The position numbers were made by a program, and so were the translations under genes. Positions 1 through 11,800 of a stretch of 64,000 nucleotides of DNA are shown here, one piece after another. The number at the start of each line of letters is the position of its first letter. The first letter of the stretch is position 1. This DNA is from the human T2T-CHM13v2.0 reference genome, Homo sapiens. The notes below the pieces were generated by a model. The model saw only the letters and a program-made list of their open reading frames with translations. It was not told the DNA's origin and did no database searches. The stretch lies in NCBI RefSeq assembly GCF_009914755.1, contig NC_060943.1; one strand, written 5' to 3'.

Positions 1-237
1 CGCCTCCTGGCCAGCATCCCTGATGCTTTGCGGCTGCTGGGGAAAGCAGGAACCCTAGTTTCCAGGCTTCCCCGCCAGAGAGGGACTGGAAAGGCCATAG
101 AAGGAAAGTTCCTCATTCCATAGGGGAAGGATGCCAGGAGAGAGAGGGCAGAAGGTGGGGAGCAGCGTCGGGAAGATGTTTCTGGCTTAGGAGGCTTATA
201 CCATCCAAGTCCCGGCGGTGCTATAATAAATAAATTC

Positions 238-499
238 ACCCCAGTATTCCGGGAGGCCAAGGCAGGAGAAGCACTCGTGTCCAGAAGTTTCAGACCAGCC
301 TGGGCAACGTGGTGAGACCTCCGTCACTAAAAAAGACATTTAGTCAGGTGTGGGCCACGGCTGCAATTCCAGCTACTCGGGAGGCTGAGGTGAGAGGATC
401 TCTTGACACTATAGTGAGTCATAAGCTTGTGCCACTGCACTCCAGCCTGGGTGATGGAGCAAGACCCTTTCTCATAGAATAAATAAATATATAAATAAA
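238..499 (+). mobile_element. Old Alu (AluJ-like), internally deleted
   Basis: Alu motifs gggaggccaaggcaggag, gaccagcctgggcaac, ccactgcactccagcctggg and an A-rich tail; highly diverged. Confidence 0.85.
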
Positions 500-631
500 C
501 TCGGCCGCCTGGGTTGGGCCGTATTCCTACCCTCCAAAACCTAATATAGATGCATGTCAGGTCTTTCTAGCACAGCGCTGCAGAGACTGCCACTACGCGT
601 GCTGGGTGCTGCTTGACATGGCCAGTGGCTC

Positions 632-3536
632 AGTAAGAGGAGGAGTAGGAGTGAAGGAGTGGAGAAAGAGGAGGAGGAAAAGAGAAGGAAGAGAGGAAAA
701 AGTAGAGAGAAAAAGGGAGGAGGAAACAAGAAGAAGAGGAGAGGAGGAGAAAATGAGAAGACAGTAAGAATAGAGGAAGAGGAGAAAATAAACAGGAGAG
801 GAGGACAAGGAGACTAGTAGCAATGAGGATAAAATGAAAGTTGGGAGGAGGAGAGAAGGAGGAGGAGGAGAAGAGGAGGAGGAAAAGAAAAGAAGGATGA
901 GGAGAGGAGGAGGGAAAAAAGGGGAGAGGAGGAGAAAAAGGGAGGAGGGAGAGAGAAGGAGAAGCAGGAGAGACAAAGGAGGACAGGAGGAGGAGAGGAG
1001 GATGAGGAGAAGGAGGATCAGAGGGAAATGAGAAGGAAGAGAGGAGACAGAGGAGAAGGAGCAGGAGGAGAAGAGGAGGAGGGGGAAAAAGGAGGAGGAG
1101 ACAGGAGGAGAGGAGAAGGAGGAGGAGAGAAGGAGGAGGAGAGGAGAAAAAGGAGGAGGAAAAGGAGAGAAGGAGCAGAGGAGGAGGAGAAAAAGAAAAG
1201 GAAAAGGAGGAGGAGGAAGAAAAGAGAAGGAGGAAGAGAAGAAGAAAAAGGAGGAGAGGAGGAGAGGAGAAGAAGGAGGAGGAGACGAAAAGAAGAATGA
1301 GGAGAGCAGAAGAGAAAAAGGAGTAGAGGAGGAAGAGGAGAGGAGGAGAATGAGGAGGAGAAGGAGAGGAAAAGAATAAGGAGGAACAGAGAAGGAGGAG
1401 GAGGAGCAGGAAGAGATGAGGAGGAGAGGAGGACGAGGAGAGGAGAAGGAAGAGACAAGGAGGAAGAGAAGGAGAAAGAGGAGAGGGGGAAAGAAGGAGA
1501 GGAGGAGAAAAAAGAAGAGAAGGAGACGACGGGGAGGAGGAGAGGAGAAGGAGGAGGAGAAAGAATAGGAGAGGAAGAGGAGGAGGCAAGGAGAAGGAGG
1601 AAGAGAAAAATAGGAGGAGAAGAGGAAGAGGAAAGGAGGAGAAGAGGAAGAGGAAAGGAGGAGAAGGAGAGGAGGAGGAGAGAAGGAGGAGGGGAAGAAG
1701 GGAAATAGGAGAAGGAGGAGGAGAGATTAGGAGAAAAAAGGAGGAGAGGAGGAGAGAAAGAGGAGAAGAAGAAGCAGAGAAGGAGAAGGAGAGGAAAAGA
1801 AGGGGGAGAGGAGGAAAGGAAAAAGGAGGAGCAGGAGGAGGGGGGAGGAGGAGAGGAGAAAAATAAGATGAGGAGGAAATGAGAAGGAAAAGGAGGAGAG
1901 GAGAAGGAGAGGAGGAGGAGAAGAAAAAAGAAAAAAATGAGGAGGAGTAGGAGAGGAGAGGAAGGAAGAGAAAAAGGAGGAGAGGAGGAGCAGAGGAAAA
2001 GGAGGACAGGAGGAAGGCAAAAGAAGAAGGAGGAGAGAAGAAGGAGAAAAGGAGGAAGAGAAGAAAAGGAGGAGGTGCAGGATGAAAAAAGGGAGGAGTA
2101 GGAGAGAAGGAGGAGGTGGAGGAGAAGAGGAGAAGCAAGAAGAGACAAAAAGGAGGAGGAGGAGAGGAGAAGGAGTGGAGAATAAGGAGAGAAGAAGGGG
2201 GAGAAGAGGAGAAGGAGGAGGAGGAAAGGAGGAAAATAAAAAGGAGAAGAGGAGAGGAGGAGAGGAGGAAAAGAAAAAAGAGGGGAGGAGGAGAGGAGAA
2301 GGAGGACAAAGAGGAAGAATGTAGAAGACAGTAAGGAGAGGAGAGAAAAAGGAGAGGAGGAAAAGGAGAGGAGGAGGAGAGGAAGAGAGGAGGAAGAGAG
2401 TAGAAGAAGGAGTAGGAGGAGCAGGAGGAAAAGAAAAGGAGAGGAGAAGAAAAGGAGAAGGAGGAGGAGTGGAGGAGGAAGAGATGAGAGAATGAGAAGG
2501 AGGAGGAGGGGAGGAGTAGAGGAGAGGAAGGAAGAGAAAGAAAGGAGAAAGAGGAGGAAGAGAGAAGAAGAAGGAGGAAAAAAGAGAAGAGGAGGAGAGT
2601 AGAGGGAGGAGGAGTAAGAAAAGGGAAGGAGGAGAGGAGAAGAAGGAGGAGAATAGGAGCAAAAGATGAGTAGGAGGGGGAGGAGAGGGGGAGGTGGAGA
2701 GGTTTGGGGGGGAGGAGGAGAAAAGAATGAGGAAGAGAGGAGGAAGAAAAGAGAAGGAGGAAGAGGAGGAGAGAAAAAGAAGGAGAAGGAGATGAGAAAG
2801 AGGAGGAGGAAAGTAGAAGGAGGAGGAGGGGAGGAGGAGCAAAAGGAGGGGAGGAGGTGAAAAATGAGGAGAGGAGGAGGAAATGGAGAGGATGAGGGGG
2901 GAGGAGAGGAGAAATAGGAGGAGCAGGAGAGGAGGAGGAGAAAAAGAGAAGGAGAAGATGAGAAGGGAGGAGGAGGAGAGGAGGAGGAAGAAAAGGAGAG
3001 GAATAGACGAGGACAGGAGAAGGAGGAGGAGGAGAAGGAGTAGAGAAGAAGGATGAGAGGAGAGGAGGAGGAGAAGACAAGGAAGAGCAGATGAGGATAA
3101 GAGTAGGAGGAGAGGAGGAGAGGAGGAGGAGGAGAAGAGAGGAGGAGACGAGGATGAGAGGAGGAGGGGGAGGAGAGGGGGAAGAGTAAAAAGAAGAGGA
3201 GAGGAGGAGAGGAGAAAGAGAAGGCAAGGAGGTGGAGGAGAGGAAGAGGAGATGGAGAGAAGGAGTAGAAGGAAAGCAGGAGGAGGAAAAAGAGAGGAGG
3301 AGAGAAGGAGGAGGAGGAGAGGAGGAGGAGAGAAGGAAGATGAAGGGAAGAAAAGGAGAGGAGGAAGAAGAGAGAGGAGAAAAGGAGGAGGAAGAAGAGA
3401 GAGGAGAAAATGAGGAGGAAGAGAGGAGGAAGTGGGGGAGAAAGAGGAGACAATGATGAGGAGGAGAGGAGGGGGAGGAGAAAGAGAAAAGGAGGAGATG
3501 GAAAAGAAAGAGAAAAGGAGGAAGAGGAGAAAAAAA
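632..3536 (+). repeat. About 2.9-kb GA-rich low-complexity polypurine tract
   Basis: Plus strand almost exclusively G/A (GAG/GGA/AGA shuffles), with no fixed period visible. Confidence 0.97.
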
Positions 3537-5475
3537 TTATCACTTTGAGGCATTCAGTAATTATGACTATTGTAATCGCTTTTGGAATAAAGTTTAAACT
3601 TAATAGGAGAGATGGGAACAAAGATCAAAGATCCAGATTATTTCAGAGCTCAATTTCAGAGCTAAAAAAAAAAAAAACGATATGTGGTAATACACCTGTG
3701 GACGTTGCCAATACAAAAGAGTTGCAGTATTTTGGTTTTGGATCTAGCCATGTGTCACCATACACAATGTATGCAGTGCCTAGGAGAGAGCAGAGAGCCA
3801 CAACACTTAGGTGCTGGGCCCAGTGAAACATCACAATCTCTTTTTGGTCAGAGCCCAAACAATAGAGGAGAGCCACATCACCTAGTTTCTAGGTTCAGCA
3901 ATACATCACGATACCTTCTGAGAGGAAGACCAAAGCAGGAGTGCCACATCACCTAGGTGAGAGCCCCAGAGATACGGCACAATGCCTTCTGTGGGTAGGG
4001 CTCAGGAAGAAGAGGAAAGTTACATAACCTAGGGGCTACAGCCAGCTATATGTCACAATCACCCGAAGGGGCAGGGACAATGCATGAGAGGAGAGTCACA
4101 TCAAGTAGGTGGTGAGCAAAGCAATATGTAACAATCAGAAGAGAGTGTCATCTTCTACATGCTGGGCCATGAGATATGTCACAACATCCCCTATGGGCAA
4201 AGCCCAGGTAAGAGAAGAGATACACATCAAATAGTTGATGGGCTAAGAGATACTTCACAATGCCCCCTGTAGAAAGAGATGAGGAGAAATAAATCAGATT
4301 GCCTGTGTGCTGAGCCCAGGGATAAGTCACTATTTCATCTGCGGACATGGCCCAGGCAGGCGAGGAGAGTTACATCACTTAGATGCTGGGAACAGAGATA
4401 TGCAACAATCTCTTCTATAAGCAAGACCCTGGTAAGAAAATAAAGATACATCAAATATTTATGGACCCACAGATGCCCCCTTTTTGACAGAGTCAAGGCA
4501 AGAAAGTCACATCAACTTTGTCCTGGGCCCAGCAATATGTCAAAATACCTTCTGAAGACAGGGCCAAGGCAAATGAGTAACACCTTGGAGCTGGGCCCAG
4601 GATATATGTAACAATCTCCCCTGTGGGCAGAACTTAGGAAGAAGAGAAGTGTCACATTAGCTAGGTGCTGAGCCCAGGGATATGTCACCATCCCTCCAGG
4701 CAAGAGATGAGAATACATTACCTGGGTGAGGAGTGCAGGGAGATATCACAATCCCCTTTTTAGGCTGGGCCCAGGCAGAAGAGTCACATTGCCTAAGTGT
4801 TAGAATGAGCGATGTGTCACAATGCCCCTTCTGTGCAGCACCAAGGTAGGAGAGAAAACTTACATCACCTGAGTGCAAGTCCCAGCGTTATGTCACAATG
4901 CTTCCTGTAAGAGGCACCAAGGCTTGAGAATAGACTCATCTCACCTAGGTGCTGGGTCCAGCAATATATCACCATTCTATTTGTGAACCAAGCCAAGGCA
5001 GGAGAGTCAAATCAGGTGTTTGGCAGAGGCGTATGTCACAATCACACCTTCAAAAAATCCACGGATGAGATTATCAATCCCTCACATGTTCTGGTTCTAG
5101 GTATGAGAGTCAACATGTCTTGTATGTTGTGTGAAGTACATGAGTCATAATCTCAACTGTGAACTGGATCTGTGCAGCAGCTTCTCAATGTTTTCTGGGC
5201 ATTGTGTCCCCTTAGATAAGTCGCAGCCTGACACGTGTGCTAAATTATGGTTTGAGGGTCAACAAATCCATGCATAACAAAAATCCATGTATGAGAGTCA
5301 ACATTGCAACTTTTGACTGCCTCTAGATATAAGATTCAAAACCTCAACAGTGGGCCATGCTCATGTGAGAGGACAACAATCTTTACGCTTGACTGTGTCT
5401 GCTTACTAGTGTTACAATCTCACCTTTGAGCTGGGCTCTGTTAGTACACTCTCTGTACCACCCAAAGAATTTATG

Positions 5476-5831
5476 AGATACATGGTTTGGCTCTATGTCC
5501 TCACCCAAATCTCACCTACAATTGTAATCTCCACGTGTCAAGGCAGGAAGGTAATTGGATCATGGGACAGTTTCTCCCATACTGTTTTCGTGATAGTGAG
5601 TGAGTTCTCAGGAGATCTGATGGTTTTATAACTGTTGGAAGTTCCTCCTTTATTCACTTTCTCCCTCCTGCCACCTCGTGAAGAAGGTCCCTGCTTCCCC
5701 TTCTGCCATGATTATAAATTTCCTGAGGTCTCCCCAGCTATGTGGAACTGTGAGTCAATTAAATCCCTTTTCTACCTAAATTACCTGGTCTTGGGCAGTT
5801 CTTTATAGCAGTGTGAAAATGAACTAATACA
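5476..5831 (+). mobile_element. THE1-family (ERVL-MaLR) solo LTR
   Basis: atggtttggctct..cccaaatctca start, gtgagtcaattaaa, end gaactaataca; about 355 bp; imperfect 5-bp TSD ttatg/atatg. Confidence 0.9.
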
Positions 5832-8800
5832 ATATGATATGCATGAGAATTGCAATCTGCATTAAGACCTTCATGCTGATATGAGCCCATGATTGTACGT
5901 GTCACTCTAAGCTCAGATATGAGAGTCAACACCTCCCCAGTTGGCTGTGCCTAAATAGAAGAGTACTCATTTGCCTATGAGCTGGGTTTAGAAATGGGTC
6001 ACTATCACATATGTGTCCAGATGTTCACATATGACTGACACAATTCCATCTGTAGACTGTGTCTATGTGTGAGATTCAGGATCTCACCAGTGGGTTGTGT
6101 CCATGTGTGAGGATGACTATTTTAAGGATTGGCAGGGTGTGCATACCAGAAACATAGTATCTCTTGTGTCCGTGGACCTGTGATGACACTCTCTGTACCA
6201 CTTGAGGGCTTTATGCAATATGCAAGAGCGTGGTGAACCTCTGTGACCCTTGTACAAAGAGGACACCCAGGATCTTACCTTTTATCCTGTGCCTAGCTAT
6301 AAGAGACAGTATCTCTCTCATTGGCTAGTTCAAGGTATGAGAGTCATCATCACATCTGTGAGCTGGGCCAAGATATATGTCACAGTCACTCTTCTGGATT
6401 GGGAGTAAGCAGGAGAGTAACATTACCTGGGTTTGGGGCCAGATGTATGTCACAATCTTCTGTGAGGGCTCAGCAATATGTCACAATGATCTACGTATTC
6501 AAGACTCAGTCAAAAAGACTCACAACCTTGTCGCGGGGTCCAGTGATGTGTCATAATCTTTTCTGTTAGGAGGGTGCAGGCAGAAAAGAAGAGTCACATT
6601 TCCTAGGTAGTGTATGCAGATATATGTCACAAGGCCCACTGGGCAGGGCCCAGGCAGGAGCCTCTTATTTTCTAGGTGTTGGATCCAGTGTTATTTCACA
6701 ATACACCAAATATGTGGGGCCTGGGAGAAAGGAGAGTCACATCACATAGGTGCTGGGCCAAAAGATATGTTATAATAACCCTCTTTAGCAGAGCCCAGGC
6801 AGAAAAATAAATGTGTCACATCACCCAGGTGATAAACAAAAAGGTATGGCATAATACCCCTATGGGCAGGGCTCATGCAGAAGAGTTGCACCACATAGTT
6901 GTTAAGATAGGCCATACGTCACAATACACAATTTATGCTGAGCTCAGGCAGGAGAAAAGAGTAACATTACCTATGTGCTAGGCTCAGCGATACATCACAA
7001 TACCTCCTTGGTCAGAGCCCAAGAAGTAGAAGAGAGTTACCTCACCTAGGTGCTGAGTCCATCAATATGTCACAGTACTCATTGAGTGAAGGGCCCAAGA
7101 ATGAGGATTGCATCATTTCGGTGAGGGGCCCAGAGCTATGTACCCATACTCCCTGTAGGTAGGGCTTAAGAAAAAAGGAGAGAGTCACATAACCTGTCAC
7201 ATAACCTAGACAGATGAGCCCAGCCCTATGTCAAAATTACAACAGTGGTCAGAGTCCAGACATGAGAGGAGAATCACAACACTTAAATGTTGGGTGAAGG
7301 AACATGTCACAATCCCAACTGGGGACAGAAGCAGAAAAATAAGGAGAATTACACCATCTAGGTAATGGGCCCAGAGATACATTGCAGTGACCCCTGTGGG
7401 CAATGACCAGGCAGTAGAATCACATCACCTGTGTGATGGGCCTGGGGATAATTCACTCTACCTTCTGTGAGCATAGCACTGGCAAACGAGGAGAGTCACA
7501 ACACCTAGGTGCTGGAATCAGAGACACGTCACAATCTCTTCTAATGGCAAAGTCCAAGTAAGCGAGAAGAGTCACATCAAATAGTTCATGAACTTAGAGA
7601 TATGTCACAATGCCCCCTGTGGGCAGGGTCCAGGCAAGAGACTCACATCATCTAGGTGCTGAGCCCAGCAATATGTCACAAAGCTTTCTGAGGTCAGGAG
7701 CAAGGCAAAAATGTAACATCACCTTACTATTGGGTCCAGAGACACATCACAACCTTTCCTGCAGGCAGAACCTAAAAAGAATAGAAAAGTCACATCAACT
7801 CAATGCTGGGCCCAGTGATAGGTCACAATATTCCCCGTGAGCAGATATCAGGCAGAAGTGAGTCACATCACCTGGCTAATTGGTGCAGAGATGTCACAAT
7901 GCTTCCTGTAGGCAGGGCCAAGTCAAGAGAGTAACATCACCTGGGTAATTGGTGCAGAGATGTCACAATGCTTCCTGTAGGCAGGGCCAAGTCAAGAGAG
8001 TTACATCACCTGGGTTCTGGACCCAGCAATATATGACAATGGGCCATGTGGGAAGAGTATAGGCAGGAGAATCACATAACTTGGGTGTGGAGCCCAATGT
8101 CACAATGCCTTCTGTGCAGGGTGACAAAACAGAAGGGTAGACTCACATTAACTGAATATAAAGCCTAGTGATAGTGATATGTCACAATGCTGTCTGTGGG
8201 AAGTGCCAAGGCAGTGGACTAGAGTCCCATCGTGAAGGTGCTGGGTTTAGCAATATGTCAAAATTCCATCTGTGGGTTGGGCCAAGGCAGAAGTGTCAAA
8301 TCACTTAGTTGCTGGACAGAGGCATAAGTCACACAGTCTCACACGCAGAAAGATACAGGTACAAAGTTAAAATTCTTGCATATGACCTAATTCTAAGTAT
8401 GGGAATCAATATCTCCTTTATTTTGGGCCTAAGTCATGAGTCTTAATGGTGGACTAGGTCTGTGCGTGGGAGCCTCGCTTTCTTCTGTGCACTATGCCTC
8501 CTTAGTAGAGTCACAGCCTCACAGGTGTGCTGAATCCTGGTCTGAGAGTCACCAGCCCATCTGTGGACTGGATCCCCATATAAGAGTCACTTTTTCAAGT
8601 TTCAACTGCATCTAAATGTGACACTCAGAACCTCAAAAGTTGGCCATGTTCATGTGGCAGTATGACAATCTTTATTGTCAACTGGATGTGCATACAAGTG
8701 TCAAAATATCACCTGTGCTGTGCCTTGTCAGGAAACACTTTGTAGCCCCTGAGGGCTTTATGCATGAGAGTCTCAATATGCTCTGAGACCTCCCTGCTGG

Positions 8801-11800
8801 TCTCAAAGTTCTGGTATGGACCCATGGTTATAATTTTTACCCTAATCTCTTGTCTCAGATTCACCTTCTCTTCAGTTGGCTCAGTCCAAATAGAAGTGTC
8901 CTCACCTACCTATGAACTAGGTTTAGAAATGAGTCACCATCCCAACTGTAGCATATGACAGAAACAATTCCAGCTGTGGACTGTATCAACCTGTGTGATT
9001 CAGGACCTCACCTGTGGGCTCTGTCGACGTGTAAGAGTGAAAATCCTAATGGATGTTAGGGTGAGAATATAAGAAACACAATCTCATTTGAATGCTGGGC
9101 TCTGTGGTAGCATTTTGTTCCTTGCTAGGGCTTTATACAATGTGTAAGAAAGTAGTGATTTTCTATAACCTTCATACAAAGAGGAGACATGGGATCTTAC
9201 CCATTTCTCTAATCCCAGCTAAAACAGATAGTATCTTTTCTGTTGGCTGGTGTGTGGTAATAGAGTCATCATTGCAACTGTTAGCTGGACCAAGATATAT
9301 GTCCCTACCTGTGGGTAGGGAGCAAACAGGAGAGTCACATCACCTATGTTTTGGGCCAGGAATATGTCACAATCTTCCCTGACAGAAGTGACCAGGCAGA
9401 AGAATAATATCACCTGGGTACTTAGCCAGGAATATGTTACAATCACAATCCCCTCCTGAAAGCTGGGTGCAGGATGCAGGCTGCAGAACCACATCACCTT
9501 GGTAATTGGGCTCAGCGATGTGTCAAAATGCTTTCTGTGGGCAAAGCCCAATTAGGAGAGACTCATCATCTGTTTGCTGAGGCCAGCAATATGTCACAAT
9601 TTTCCCTGTAGGCAGGGTGCAGGCAGAAGAAGAGAGCCACATCGCTTAGGTGATGAATGCAGAAATATGTCACCAGGTCTTCTGTGGACAGGCCCCAGCC
9701 AGGAGCCTTCCATTTTCTAGGTATTGGGCCCAGCAATATGTCACAATACCCAAAACATGTGGGGACCAGAAGAAAAAAAAAAAAAAAAAAAGAGACATCA
9801 CCTAGATGATGGATCAAGTGATATGTCACAATCTTCTTATTTGGCAGGTCTCAGGCAATAAAAATGTGTGTCATATCTCCTAGGTGATGAAAAAACAGTA
9901 TCTTATAATACCCCTGTCTTCACGGCTCATGGGGAAGAGTCACATCACCTACTTGTTGGGTGCAGCCATATATTACAATATGCAATGTATGCCGGGCCCA
10001 GGCAGGAGAGGAAAGTAACATCCCCTAAGTCCTGTGCCCAGGGATACATCACAATGCCTCCTTGAGCAGAGCCCAAGAAGTAGACAAGAGTCACATTACT
10101 TAGGTGCCAGGTACAACAATTTGCCACAATACTTCCTGAGAGAAAGGCCTAGGCAGAGGTCTCACAACACTTTGGTGAGGGAACAAGAAATATGTAACAA
10201 TGTCCCTGGTAAGTAGAGCTAGAAAAAAAGATAAGCATCACAGAACATAGGGCCAGTGCCCACTTATCTGTCACAATCACACCAGTGGGCAGGGCTCAGG
10301 CAAGAGTAGAGAGTAATATAATGTAGGTGCTACAGCAAGCAATATTTCACAATTTTCAGTGTGGGCAGGTCCCAGAAAGAAAATGAGTATCACATCACCT
10401 AGGTCATGGGCCCAGAGATATGTCGCAGTGGCCCTTGTAGGCAATAATCAGCCAGAAGAATGGCATTGCATGTGTGCTGGGCCTAGTGATAATTCATTAT
10501 TCCTTCTGGGGGCCTGGCACAGGCAAAAGCAGAGAGTCACAACACCTAGCTATTTGGCCCAGAGATATGTCACTATTTCTTCTATGGGCAAAGTCCAGGT
10601 AAAATAACAGTCACATCAAATAATTGATGCAACCAGAGATTTGTTATAATGCCTTCTGTTGGCAGGGCCCATGCAAGAGAGTCACATCACCTAGGTGTTG
10701 GACCCAGCCATATGTCACAATACACGACGTATTCAGGGCTCAGGCAAGAGATGATAGTCACACCATTTAGATCTTGAATCCATTGAAACATTACAATTTT
10801 ATATTGAGCAAAAGCTAAGCAGTCTAGAAGAGTCACATAGCCTAGGCTTTAAGTCCAGCAATACCTTGCAATAACCCCTGAGAGGAGGGCCCAGGTAAAA
10901 GGGTAACTTTATTTAGGTGAGAGGCCTAGAAATAAGTCACAATTATCTGTGTGGGTAAAGATCAGAACGAAGAGGGAAGTTACATAAAGTAATAGATGTG
11001 CTGATATGTATGTCACAATCACTCTAATGGGAAGAGCTAAAACATGAGAGGAGAGTCACACCACAAAGGTGCTGCATATTTTGCAATACAGAATGTATGC
11101 AGAGCCCAGAAAGGAGAGGACAGTCACATCACCTAGGTGCTGTGCCCAGCAATACATTACAATCTCTTCTTGGACACAACCCAAGCAGTAGAGGTAATCC
11201 TTGCTGCTGGACCCAAAAATATGGCACAATATACCCTGAAAAAAGGGCCCAGGTAGCAGTGTCACATCACCTGGGGAGGGTTTCAGAAATATGTCAAAAT
11301 GCCTCCTGTGGGTAAGGCTCAGGAAGAAAAGAAGAGAAAAATAACCTAGGGGCTGGGGCCAGCCATATGTTAAAACAACCTCAGTGAGCAGGGCCCAGGC
11401 ATGAGAGGAGGGTCACATAACATAGATGATGTGCCAAGTGATATGCCACAACTCATACTGTGGACAGGTCTCTGCAATAAAGGAGAGTCACATAATCTGG
11501 CTGACGGTCACAGAGATACATCACAATGTATTTATCTCTTGTCCTTACGGACAGGAATCAGGCAGAAGAATCACATCTCCTCTGGGCTGTGTCCTGGGAT
11601 AATTTACTCTCCCTTCTGTGATCTGAGCCCAGGGAGAAAAGGAGACTCACATTACCTAGGTGTTGGGGCCAGAGGTATGTCACAATGTCACCTGTTGGCA
11701 AATATGAAGTAAGAGAGGGGAGTAACATCAAATAGATGATGGGTCCAGAAATATGTCACAATTCCCCTTGTAGGCAGAATCTGGGCAGGAGATACACATC

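Noticed and set aside
630-3621. Very long minus-strand ORFs (865, 867 and 608 aa) and R/E/G-rich plus-strand ORFs
   Set aside because: Artefacts of the polypurine tract: the pyrimidine strand can hardly form stop codons, and the products are S/P/L/F low complexity in all frames.
3585-3678. AATAAA followed by an A-run, as a possible retrocopy 3' end
   Set aside because: Spacing of about 75 bp is too long, no TSD is visible, and A-runs also occur within the satellite monomers.
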